64,000 nucleotides of DNA from an uncultured Verrucomicrobiota bacterium (GTDB taxonomy: Bacteria; Verrucomicrobiota; Verrucomicrobiia; Limisphaerales; CAIMTB01): assembly GCA_964389135.1 (NCBI GenBank), contig CAYMDA010000012.1:8033-72032 (forward strand), read 5' to 3'. Shown here piece after piece: positions 1-8,780 of the stretch (positions are counted from its first letter, which is position 1; the number at the start of each line of letters is the position of its first letter). A program made the translations under genes and the position numbers. Below the pieces are notes generated by a model. The model was given only the letters and a program-made list of their open reading frames with translations. It was not told where the DNA came from and searched no databases.

Positions 1-1449
1 ATCGCGATGCGGGACGGGGTGTTGCAGGTCGCGGTGAGCGATCCGTTCGACGCCGCGATGCTGAATGCCATCCAGTTCGACGCGCAGTGCCCCGTCGAGT
101 TCGCCCTCGCGCCGCGCGCGGAGATCGAGAAGGCGCTGAAGCGGTTCTACGGCGTGGGCGCGGAGACCCTCGACGAGATGGCCGAGGACGAGCCGATCGA
201 GCTCGATGTCACCGGCGACCGCGAGATCACGGAGAACGAGCAGGACGCGAGCGTGATCAAGTTCGTCAACCAGATCATCTGGGAGGCGTTCAAGGATCGG
301 GCGACCGACATTCACTTCGAACCGGCGGAGGACGAACTGCGCATCCGCTACCGGATCGACGGCATCCTCCATCAGGCGCCGATGCCGCCGCAGCTCAAGC
401 GGTTCCAGGCCGCGATCATCTCCCGCATCAAGGTGATGAGCGGGATGAACATCTCGGAGAAACGGCTCCCGCAGGACGGCCGCATCAACGTGCGGATCAA
501 GGGGGAGGAACTCGACATCCGCGTCTCCACCGTTCCCACCGTGTGGGGGGAGAGCGTGTCCCTGCGCCTGCTCACGCGCGGAAAGATCTTCCTCACCCTG
601 GAGAAGCTCGGCTACGCCCCCGCCGACGAGGCGGCCCTGCGCGAACTGATCGTCAAGCCGCACGGAATCATCCTTGTCACCGGACCGACGGGATCGGGCA
701 AGTCCACCTCCCTGTACGCGTTCCTCAGCAGCATCAATTCGGTCCACAAGCGGATCATCACGATCGAGGAGCCGGTCGAGTATGAACTCAAGGGCATCAA
801 CCAGATCGCGGTGCGCCCGGAGATCGGACTGACCTTCGCGGTGGGACTGCGGCATATCCTCCGCCAGGACCCGAACGTGGTGATGGTCGGCGAGATCCGC
901 GACCTCGAGACCGCGGAGATCGCGATCCGCGCGGCGCTGACGGGGCACCTCGTGTTCAGCACGCTGCACACGAACGACGCTCCCAGCGCGTTCACGCGGC
1001 TCATCGACATGGGCATCGAGCCATTCCTCGTCGCGTCGTCGGTGGAGGCCGTGCTGGCGCAGCGCCTCGTCCGGACGATCTGCCCCCACTGCAAGGTCGA
1101 ACAGCAGGTCGACCCCGCCTACCTGCGCAAGATCGGCTTCCCCGAGTCCGAGATCGGGACGGCCCGGTTCTGGAAGGGCGCCGGATGCGAGGAATGCCGG
1201 GACCTCGGCTACCAGGGACGAATGGGAATCTACGAGCTTCTGCTGGTGACGGAGTCGATCCGACCCCTGATCATGAACCGCTCCCCGGCCTCGACGCTGG
1301 CGCAGAAGGCGATTGAATGCGGCATGCGCACGCTCCGTACGGACGGCTGGAACAAGGTGCGGGCGGGGTTGACGACCATCGAGGAGGTCCTGCGCGTCAC
1401 GCAGACCGAGGAGCACCTCGGCGCGCTCATCGAGGACAGCCGGAACTGA
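1..1449 (+). CDS. Type II secretion / type IV pilus assembly ATPase, GspE/PilB family (5'-partial, frame open to window edge)
   Basis: Walker A GPTGSGKST, Asp box VVMVGEIRD, His box TGHLVFSTLHTND and tetracysteine CPHC...CEEC, all typical of GspE/PilB ATPases. The frame continues upstream of the first Met at 7. Confidence 0.9.
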   Translation: MAMRDGVLQVAVSDPFDAAMLNAIQFDAQCPVEFALAPRAEIEKALKRFYGVGAETLDEMAEDEPIELDVTGDREITENEQDASVIKFVNQIIWEAFKDRATDIHFEPAEDELRIRYRIDGILHQAPMPPQLKRFQAAIISRIKVMSGMNISEKRLPQDGRINVRIKGEELDIRVSTVPTVWGESVSLRLLTRGKIFLTLEKLGYAPADEAALRELIVKPHGIILVTGPTGSGKSTSLYAFLSSINSVHKRIITIEEPVEYELKGINQIAVRPEIGLTFAVGLRHILRQDPNVVMVGEIRDLETAEIAIRAALTGHLVFSTLHTNDAPSAFTRLIDMGIEPFLVASSVEAVLAQRLVRTICPHCKVEQQVDPAYLRKIGFPESEIGTARFWKGAGCEECRDLGYQGRMGIYELLLVTESIRPLIMNRSPASTLAQKAIECGMRTLRTDGWNKVRAGLTTIEEVLRVTQTEEHLGALIEDSRN

Positions 1450-1456
1450 CCGCACG

Positions 1457-2851
1457 ATGGCCCGCGCAGACCGTTCTCCTCGCATTCACTCGGCCAACGT
1501 CGTCGTGGACGTCGGGGGGGTGACGCGTGTCTGGTCCTTCTCCGGCGCCGACGCGCGCCCCGCGGGGTCCGCGGAGATGCCGTCCGACTGGGCGCTCCCT
1601 CCGAAGCTCGTGGGGAAGGGCTGGGCGCAGCTCGCGCGCCCCCGGATGAACATCGCGTGGATCGCGGACCAGCCGGTGTTCCTCCAGCTCGTGCTCCTTC
1701 CCACGGACGATCTGTCGGAGGTGCCGGCCATGATCGAGCTGCAGCTCGAGAAGCTGTCGCCCCTGCCGGTCGGTCAGATCGTGTGGAGCTACGAGGTGCT
1801 CGGCCAGCGGCCTGCCTCGGGCGGGATGCCCGTGCTCGTGGCGATCGCGGAACGCAGCGTGGTCGAGTCCACCCTCGCCTCGCTGGAGAAGCGCGGGTTT
1901 CGCGCGGATCGCGTGGAGTCCCCGCTGCTGCCGCTCATCGGGCGGACGCAGTTCGTCAGCGACGGCGCGTACATCTTCGTCTTCAGATCCGGCCCGCGGC
2001 AGACCTGCCTCATCGGCTGGTACGCCGACGGGGCGCTGCGCGCGCTGAACGTCGTCAACGTGACGGCGGATGAACGCTGGGTTCGCCAGCTCGTGGACGA
2101 GCTGAACCGGCTGACCTGGGCGGGCGAGCTGGAGGGATGGGCCTCGGGTCCGGCGCCCGCGCTGCACCTCGTCGCCGATGAGGAGACGCTCACCGAGTGG
2201 CGGGCTCCGCTCGAGGACGCGTCCGGAATCGCGGTCACGCCGCACGTGCGTCCCTCGGACCCGGAGCTCGCGGCTGCCAGCGTGGTTCGCGCCGCGAAGG
2301 GGGTCGCCCCGACCAATCTTCTGCCGCCGGAGTACGCGGCTCGTTACCGCCAGGAGTACAATGACCAGCTCTGGATGGGAGGACTCGGGGCGCTGTTCAT
2401 GGCGTATCTCTTCGGGGTCCTTGTCTATTTCGGCGCCGTGGAGGTTCAGAAGTACCGTCATGCGCGCGTGGCGGAGGAGCTGGCGTCCGTCCATGCGGGC
2501 TACACGAACGCGCTGCGGCTGAAGGCGCAGGCGCAGATCCTCCAGGAAACCGTGAATCTCCGCTTCGCGGCGCTGGAATGCTGGCTGGCCACCGTGGAGG
2601 TGATGCCGGAGGAACTCAACCTCGAGAGTCTGAACTTCTCGGGCGGACAGAACGTGACGATCACGGGCTATGCCCCGGCGGACCAGGAGAACCGGATCTC
2701 GGAGTTCTGGCGGGCGCTGCAGCGCAAGCGGGTCGGCAACACGAACCTGTTCAGCCAGGTGCAGCTGCGCCCCACGATCATGAGGACCGTGCAGGGGGTG
2801 CCGCAGATTCAGTGGGGGTTCAACTGCACGCTCCAGCGGCCGGAGATTTGA
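1457..2851 (+). CDS. GspL-like / fused PilM-PilN-like bitopic assembly protein
   Basis: About 300-aa cytoplasmic N-domain, a single TM (LWMGGLGALFMAYLFGVLVYFGAV), then a coiled-coil/periplasmic domain of about 130 aa. Starts 8 nt after the ATPase stop. Family assigned by topology and context only. Confidence 0.6.
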   Translation: MARADRSPRIHSANVVVDVGGVTRVWSFSGADARPAGSAEMPSDWALPPKLVGKGWAQLARPRMNIAWIADQPVFLQLVLLPTDDLSEVPAMIELQLEKLSPLPVGQIVWSYEVLGQRPASGGMPVLVAIAERSVVESTLASLEKRGFRADRVESPLLPLIGRTQFVSDGAYIFVFRSGPRQTCLIGWYADGALRALNVVNVTADERWVRQLVDELNRLTWAGELEGWASGPAPALHLVADEETLTEWRAPLEDASGIAVTPHVRPSDPELAAASVVRAAKGVAPTNLLPPEYAARYRQEYNDQLWMGGLGALFMAYLFGVLVYFGAVEVQKYRHARVAEELASVHAGYTNALRLKAQAQILQETVNLRFAALECWLATVEVMPEELNLESLNFSGGQNVTITGYAPADQENRISEFWRALQRKRVGNTNLFSQVQLRPTIMRTVQGVPQIQWGFNCTLQRPEI

Positions 2852-2854
2852 GCG

Positions 2855-3610
2855 ATGCTGAAGTTCTTTGACCGTCTCAACCTGACGCCGTCCGAACGGC
2901 GGCTGGTCGTCATCGTGGCGGCCGTGGCGGTCGTCGTTTTGAACTACTGGCTGGTGTGGCCGCGCTTCAGGGATTTCGGGGACCTCGCCGACGAGATCGA
3001 GTCGATGCGGGCCAAGAAGCGGATCTACGAGGCGGAGATCGCGCGTGCGCCGGCCTACCGGGAGATCCTGCAGAAGCTCCAGGCGCAGGGATCGATCCTT
3101 CCGAGCGGCGAGGAGCAGATCCTCTTTCGCAGCGAGATGGAGCGGCTCGCGCGCGACGTGGGTCTCCACGTTCCGCGATGGGGCGAGGTGCTCCCGGAGC
3201 GCGGCGGCGGGACGAACGCCTTCTTTGAATCGATTTCGCTGACGATGAACCAGGTGGCGGGGACCGAGGCGCAGTTCGTCGAGTTCCTGTATCGCGTCGG
3301 CGCCAGCAATTCGACGATCCGCGTGAAGGAACTCACCCTCGCGCCGGGCGCCTATGACCACCGCGCGGGCGGAAGAACCAACCTTGTGGGAACCATCAAG
3401 CTGGTCGCGAGCGTCCAGAAGGAGGGCGCGGTGATACCGCCGCCCACGACCTCCGCGGGGGGGAACGACACCGGCGCGACGGCTTCGGTCGTCCAGCCGC
3501 CCGCGCGCGGCCAGGCTGGCGCCGGCACCGCCGGCGGCGCAACCAACCGGATCCCGGCGCCTTCGCGCGCCCCGGCCCGGACCAACGCAACGATGGGCCC
3601 GCGATCCTGA
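2855..3610 (+). CDS. GspM/PilO-like bitopic assembly protein
   Basis: N-terminal TM (LVVIVAAVAVVVLNYWLVW), a coiled coil (ADEIESMRAKKRIYEAEIARA) and a low-complexity A/G/P/T tail. Lies between the L-like gene and the secretin. Confidence 0.55.
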   Translation: MLKFFDRLNLTPSERRLVVIVAAVAVVVLNYWLVWPRFRDFGDLADEIESMRAKKRIYEAEIARAPAYREILQKLQAQGSILPSGEEQILFRSEMERLARDVGLHVPRWGEVLPERGGGTNAFFESISLTMNQVAGTEAQFVEFLYRVGASNSTIRVKELTLAPGAYDHRAGGRTNLVGTIKLVASVQKEGAVIPPPTTSAGGNDTGATASVVQPPARGQAGAGTAGGATNRIPAPSRAPARTNATMGPRS

Positions 3611-3619
3611 GAACGAGCC

Positions 3620-5719
3620 ATGAACCCGACTCGATGGAACAGCGTGCGGCACGTGCTGCTGCTCGCGATGGGGATGACGATGGGACCTTTCGAGACGGTG
3701 CTGCACGCCCAGCAGACACCGCAGCCCGCCCAGCCGCAGGTGCGCCAGCTCCCGATCCGCAGGCCGGGCACGCTGCCGACCGGCGTGCCGGGGCAGGCGG
3801 CTCCCGAGCCGGCCGACGTCGCCACGGGCGAGCCCAACATCACGCCCGAGGAGGTGGCCCGCCTCGCGGATGACGAGCTTGTCACGCTGAACCTGCCCAA
3901 CGCGCCCCTCGAGACGGCGCTCGACCTCTACGCCAGCCTCGTCCGTCGTGTCCTGCTCCGTCCGCCGCAGATCCCGGGCGGGCCGATCACCCTGAAGTTC
4001 GAGGACCTCACCCGGGAGGAGGCGGTCGAGGCGATGAACGCGGTGTTCGCGCTGAACGGCATCGCGGTGATCCCGGTCGGCGAGAAGTTCGTGAAGGTGG
4101 TCCCGTCCCAGCAGTCCACGCAGGAGGGCGGCGAGATCACCGGCGTGCCCGCCGCGGATCTCTCCGAGCTGGGACAGTTCGTGACGAAGCTGGTCCGGGT
4201 GACGGAGGTGAAGCCGGGCGACATCGCCCAGGCCGTGCAGCAGTTCGCCTCCGGCAAGGTGCAGAACCCGGTGCTCGTCTTCGATGACCAGAACTTCTTC
4301 ATCCTCCGCGACATGGCGGCCAACGTGAAGCGCATGGCCGAGTTGATCGAGGAGCTCGATGTCACTCCGGAGCTGGACTACGCGCTCGAGGTGATCCCCA
4401 TCCGCTACGGCCGCGTCGAGGAGATCTACGACACGCTGAACAGCGTCATCACCGGCCAGGCGACGTCGCTCGGGGCATCCTCCCGCACCGGGACGCGCGC
4501 CAGCGGATTCCGATCGGGAACGTCCCGCACCGGCACCTCCGGCTACAACACCGGACTCGGAACGTTCACCCCGCAGCAGGTGAACCGCATGCCGTCGCCG
4601 GGGGCGGCGCGCGGCACGTTCGCGGACCGCCTGCGCCAGGCGACATCGGCCGCCACGGGCGGCGCCGGCGGCAGCCAGTTCAACCTGCTGGGCGACGCCC
4701 GGATCATCCCGGACATGCGGTCCAACCAGCTGATCGTCTATGCCGGCAAGGAGGACTTCAAGATGCTGACGAACATCGTCGCGAAGATCGACACCCTCCT
4801 CGCCCAGGTGCTGATCGAGTCGATCATCCTCGAGGTCGGCCTCGAGAGGGGGAAGGACTTCGGCGTGAGCATGGTCCAGAACCCGCAGCAGTTCGGGAAC
4901 TGGACGACGGCCGGCGGCTCGATCAACGACGCCGCGATCGCCACGAACATCCTGTCGTCCCTGTTCACCTCCGGGTTCAGTTACTTCGGGCAGTACCGGA
5001 ACGATTTCAGCTTCGCCCTGAACGCGCTGGCGACCGACAGCAACGCGAAGGTCCTCGCGCGTCCCCGGATCCAGACCACGCACGCGCAGACCGCGTCCTT
5101 CGCGATCGGCGACACGATCCCCTACCCGCGGAGCAGCTCTCCCTACTACGGCGGAGTGGGTTCGATCGGACCGTACACGACCTACGACGAGAAGCAGGTT
5201 CTCACCGAGCTCGCCGTCACGCCCTACATCACGCCCGACGGACTGGTCACGCTCGAGGTCGAGCAGACGATCGACCAGCTCGGGCCGCCCACCCGGATCG
5301 GCCAGGACGAGATCCCGACCATCCGCACCCGACAGGCAAGCGCCGTGCTCTCCGTCCGCGACCGCGAGCCGGTGATCCTCGGCGGGTTCATCACCGATCG
5401 CTCCACCGAGGCCGTGAGCGGCGTGCCATGGCTGAAGGACATCCCGATCCTGGGCTGGGTGTTCCGCAGCAAGAACAACATGCAGCAGCGCTCGGAACTC
5501 ATCGTCCTGATCCGACCCACGATCCTGCACACCCCGCAGGAGGCGAGCGAGCTGGCGGAACTGGAGCAGCGATCCCTTCCGAACGCCACCGCCGCCGTGC
5601 GCGAGTTTCAGCGCAAGGAGGCCGAGATGGCCGAGCGCCTCAACGTGATTCCCGGAATCACCAACGCGCCGCCGGATGAACCCGAGCGCCCGAGACGCCG
5701 CAGCCGCCGGCGCAACTAG
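3620..5719 (+). CDS. Outer-membrane secretin (GspD/PilQ family)
   Basis: Signal peptide, N-domain repeats, and a conserved secretin C-domain (LLAQVLIESIILEV, VLARPRIQTTHAQTASFAIGDTIPY, VSGVPWLKDIPILGWVFRS, SELIVLIRPTIL). Confidence 0.9.
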   Translation: MNPTRWNSVRHVLLLAMGMTMGPFETVLHAQQTPQPAQPQVRQLPIRRPGTLPTGVPGQAAPEPADVATGEPNITPEEVARLADDELVTLNLPNAPLETALDLYASLVRRVLLRPPQIPGGPITLKFEDLTREEAVEAMNAVFALNGIAVIPVGEKFVKVVPSQQSTQEGGEITGVPAADLSELGQFVTKLVRVTEVKPGDIAQAVQQFASGKVQNPVLVFDDQNFFILRDMAANVKRMAELIEELDVTPELDYALEVIPIRYGRVEEIYDTLNSVITGQATSLGASSRTGTRASGFRSGTSRTGTSGYNTGLGTFTPQQVNRMPSPGAARGTFADRLRQATSAATGGAGGSQFNLLGDARIIPDMRSNQLIVYAGKEDFKMLTNIVAKIDTLLAQVLIESIILEVGLERGKDFGVSMVQNPQQFGNWTTAGGSINDAAIATNILSSLFTSGFSYFGQYRNDFSFALNALATDSNAKVLARPRIQTTHAQTASFAIGDTIPYPRSSSPYYGGVGSIGPYTTYDEKQVLTELAVTPYITPDGLVTLEVEQTIDQLGPPTRIGQDEIPTIRTRQASAVLSVRDREPVILGGFITDRSTEAVSGVPWLKDIPILGWVFRSKNNMQQRSELIVLIRPTILHTPQEASELAELEQRSLPNATAAVREFQRKEAEMAERLNVIPGITNAPPDEPERPRRRSRRRN

Positions 5720-5801
5720 TCAGAGTCACAACAAGCAACCCCGGTTCGTCCCGGTGCCTGTCCCACCACCCGGAAGGGCTCGGGCGAACGATCGCGCCGC
5801 C

Positions 5802-6002
5802 ATGAAACTGACATGGAAAGACCACGAGGAAATCGCCTGGGCACTGATGGACAAGTTCCCGGACCAGGACCCGCTCAAGCTGAGTTTCCCGAAGCTTCAC
5901 AAGATGGTGTGCGAGCTGGAGGACTTCGGCGATGACCCCAACGGGTCCAACGAGAAGATCCTCGAGAATATCCAGATGGCCTGGTACGAGGAGACGAAGT
6001 GA
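5802..6002 (+). CDS. iscX: Fe-S cluster assembly protein IscX (YfhJ family)
   Basis: The 66-aa product MKLTWKDHEEIAWALMDKFPDQDPLKLSFPKLHKMVCELEDFGDDPNGSNEKILENIQMAWYEE aligns end to end with E. coli IscX as I recall it ([22 protein letters not shown]...[21 protein letters not shown]). The internal ATG at 5802 is chosen because the upstream part of the ORF overlaps the secretin and is R/P-rich. Confidence 0.85.
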   Translation: MKLTWKDHEEIAWALMDKFPDQDPLKLSFPKLHKMVCELEDFGDDPNGSNEKILENIQMAWYEETK

Positions 6003-6167
6003 GTTCGGCCGGCGCCAGCGTCCCCGCGCGCGCATGCGCGGAGGCCGGCGGCTTCCCGGCCATTGCAGGACGAGAAGTGAGTCCCGCCCGCGGTCGGGCG
6101 GGCGAGGGATGCCCCCGGCCGGCCGCTCCCGTGATCCCGGACGCCGCGGCCGTCCACCGACCCTTCC

Positions 6168-6548
6168 ATGAAAACCGTGATTCGACCCGCCCGCGCGGCG
6201 GCACCCGTAGGTCCCTACAACCACGCCGTCCGGTACGGCGACCTCCTGTTCTGCTCCGGTCAGATTCCGCTGGACCCGTCCACCGGTGAACTGGCCGGAA
6301 GCGACATTCGCACGCAGACCGAGCGCGTCCTGGAGAACATCCGTGTGATCCTCGAGGACCAGGGACTCTCCTTCCGGCATGTGGTCAAGAGCACCGTGTA
6401 CCTCGCGAACCTTGCGGACTTCTCCGCGATGAACGAGGTGTACGCACGCTACTTTCCGGACGAGCAGCCCGCGCGCACGACGATCCAGGTCGCGGCGCTC
6501 CCGCGAGGCGCCCTCGTCGAAATCGAGGTGGTGGCGGGCTACGCCTGA
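6168..6548 (+). CDS. ridA: RidA/YjgF/TdcF-family reactive-intermediate deaminase
   Basis: 126 aa. PVGPYNHAV..LLFCSGQIPLDP..G, TERVLENIRVILE, VVKSTVYL and ARTTIQVAALPRGALVEIEVVA match the RidA family throughout. Confidence 0.9.
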   Translation: MKTVIRPARAAAPVGPYNHAVRYGDLLFCSGQIPLDPSTGELAGSDIRTQTERVLENIRVILEDQGLSFRHVVKSTVYLANLADFSAMNEVYARYFPDEQPARTTIQVAALPRGALVEIEVVAGYA

Positions 6549-6557
6549 GGAGTGCCC

Positions 6558-8627
6558 ATGAGCGGAATCGCCGCAGACAGGGAGACCCGGCGGGCGCACC
6601 CGCGTGCGCCGGGCCTTCGACGGGCGCGATGGATTCCTTCCGCGGCGCTCGCGATCGCACTGGCGCTCGCGCCCGCCCCCGGCGCGCGCGCCGAGGGCAT
6701 CGTCAGCGAGGCAACCACCGCCGCCCTGCTCGAGGCGCTCGAGGGTGGAGGCCGCGTGCAGCTGACCTTCACCCAGGTGCTCACCCTGCAGACACCCCTG
6801 CTCATCGCGACGGACACCGTCCTGGAAGGCTCGGCACCCGGCGGCGAGCGCGTCACGATCTCCGGCGGCGACCGTCACCGCCTGCTCGAGGTCCTCCCCG
6901 GCGTCACGCTGCACCTCCGCAACCTCAACCTGCAGGACGGCCTCGCCACCCACGGCGCGGGAATCCTCAATCGAGGAGTGCTCATCGCGAGCAACATCGT
7001 CTTCTCCGGATGCCGGGCCGTGGGCGCCGACGGCGCGGACGGCGAACGGGGCGAGGATCGTTTCGGCATCGGCGGAAAGGGCCGCGACGGGGCGGACGGC
7101 GGACCCGCCATGGGCGGCGCCGTGTACAACGAGGGCTCCGCCTCCCTGGTCGACTGCACCTTCGTCGGGAACGAGGCGCAGGCCGGCTCGGGCGGCGATG
7201 GAGGTGAGGGCGGCACGGGGACCATTCTCCATGGCAGCGGCGGCGACGGCGGCAATGGCGCTCATGCCTTCGGCGGCGCCGTGTCCAGCGCGGGCCCCCT
7301 CGAGGTCCTGCGGGCCGTCTTCGCAAGCAACATCGCGGCCGGCGGCGATGGCGGAGCGGGCGGCGCCGGTGGCGGCGGCGTCGGACCCGGACAGGGCGGG
7401 GCGGGCGGCGACGCCGCGGGTGGGGCGATTCACGCCTCCGGATGGCTCTTCGTCGCGGAATCGGCGTTCGCGACGAACCTGGTCACCGGGGGCAATTCCA
7501 GCAGTGGCGGCGCGCCGGCCGGAAACATCGGCGAGGACGGTCCCGACGGCGGCAACGCGGTGGGCGGGGCGATCGCCGCATGGGGTGACGCGGTCATCGT
7601 GAACAGCACGTTCTTCACCAACCTCCTCGTGGGCGGAACGGGGGGAGACGGCGGGAACGGATCCTTCATCTCGGGCAGCGGCGGGGACGGCGGCCATGCC
7701 CTGGGCGGGGCGGTGCACTCCGTGCGCAGCCTCTGGATCACCAACGCCACCATGGCCTACAACTCCGGTACGAACGGCGCACCCGGGACGGCGGGGAGTT
7801 CGAACTCCGGACGGGACGGACGCCCCGGCACCCTTGCCGGAAGCGCCGTCTCCGCGCAGGGCGGCTCCGCGTTCGTCATCAACTCGATCCTCGCGTCAGC
7901 CGCCATCCCGACCGTGCACGGAAATGTGACCGACGGCGGGCACAACCTTTTCACCGACGCCGGGACCGGCGCCGCGGGCCCCGGTTCCATCCGCGGGGCC
8001 GAGCCGCTTCTCGGCGAATACCGCGTCTGGACCTCAGGCACACCCGGGATGATCCCGCTCAGCGGCAGTCCCGCGATCGATGCCGGAGACCCGGACGCCG
8101 CCCCGCCCCGGGACCAGCGCGGAGTCGAACGCCCGATCGGGCTCGGTCCGGACATCGGCGCCCTCGAGTCGAGCGGCTCCCTCTTCACCCTCGCCGGGCG
8201 TGTCCTCGACGGCTCCGCGGGCCTGCCCGGCGTCACGGTCCGCGCCAATGGCCGGGACGAGATCACCGACGGGCAGGGCGCGTTCGAGTTCGATCGACTC
8301 CCCCCGGGCTACTACACGGTGGAGCCGGTTCCGGAGGGACGACCCTTCACGCCACGACTCGTGCAGGTCGCGCTCTTCGGGCACCGGACCGACCTCGAGT
8401 TCCGGGTGGTCGCCCTGCGGCTTGAGTCCGCGTGGGACGCAGACGCCGGCGTGCTGCGGCTGACCGGCACGGGGACTCCGCTCGGATCCTACCGCCTCGA
8501 GGGCAGCCGTGATCTCGCGGAGTGGGTGACCCTGGGCACCGCGACCGCCGATCCCGGCGGTCGAATCACCTTCTCCCATTCGCCCGGAACGGACGGGCAC
8601 TGGTTCTACCGGCTCGCGGCGCCCTGA
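6558..8627 (+). CDS. Secreted parallel beta-helix protein with Pmp-type (GGA[IV]/FxxN) repeats, CarboxypepD_reg-like domain and C-terminal FYRL module
   Basis: Signal peptide (RRARWIPSAALAIALALAPAPGARAEG). At least 5 repeats of GGA[VI]...(F/Y)xxN, e.g. GGAVYNEGSASLVDCTFVGN and GGAIAAWGDAVIVNSTFFTN. PAIDAGDP...RDQRGVERP motif. GRVLDGSAGLPGVTVRANG...DGQGAFEFDRLPPGYYTV. GGAG lies 5 nt before the ATG at 6558; a GTG at 6552 is an alternative start. Confidence 0.75.
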   Translation: MSGIAADRETRRAHPRAPGLRRARWIPSAALAIALALAPAPGARAEGIVSEATTAALLEALEGGGRVQLTFTQVLTLQTPLLIATDTVLEGSAPGGERVTISGGDRHRLLEVLPGVTLHLRNLNLQDGLATHGAGILNRGVLIASNIVFSGCRAVGADGADGERGEDRFGIGGKGRDGADGGPAMGGAVYNEGSASLVDCTFVGNEAQAGSGGDGGEGGTGTILHGSGGDGGNGAHAFGGAVSSAGPLEVLRAVFASNIAAGGDGGAGGAGGGGVGPGQGGAGGDAAGGAIHASGWLFVAESAFATNLVTGGNSSSGGAPAGNIGEDGPDGGNAVGGAIAAWGDAVIVNSTFFTNLLVGGTGGDGGNGSFISGSGGDGGHALGGAVHSVRSLWITNATMAYNSGTNGAPGTAGSSNSGRDGRPGTLAGSAVSAQGGSAFVINSILASAAIPTVHGNVTDGGHNLFTDAGTGAAGPGSIRGAEPLLGEYRVWTSGTPGMIPLSGSPAIDAGDPDAAPPRDQRGVERPIGLGPDIGALESSGSLFTLAGRVLDGSAGLPGVTVRANGRDEITDGQGAFEFDRLPPGYYTVEPVPEGRPFTPRLVQVALFGHRTDLEFRVVALRLESAWDADAGVLRLTGTGTPLGSYRLEGSRDLAEWVTLGTATADPGGRITFSHSPGTDGHWFYRLAAP

Positions 8628-8780
8628 GTTTCTCGTCCGCAGGGCCGCCGCCTCGTGAATCATCACCCGGCGGTCGTCATTCCTGCGTCCGGCGTGATCT
8701 CCCGATCGCGCGAGACCCCCTGGAGGATGCGCCCGGCCCCAGCTCGACAGGGTTGTCCGCCCGGGGACACAGTGCGTGCC

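Noticed and set aside
1427-5530. 1367-aa ORF on the minus strand spanning the whole secretion operon
   Set aside because: It is antisense to four genes with clear family motifs. The product is dominated by R/G/D/L/H/P runs typical of the reverse frame of high-GC coding DNA, and I recognised no domain motifs.
5993-6085. Direct repeat of GAAGTGAGT at the iscX stop (about 5996) and about 75 nt downstream (about 6074)
   Set aside because: It is only 9 bp with no extended similarity, which is compatible with chance.
5658-7718. 686-aa minus-strand ORF over iscX, ridA and the Pmp-repeat gene
   Set aside because: It is antisense to three recognisable genes, with A/G/R-rich noise-like composition.
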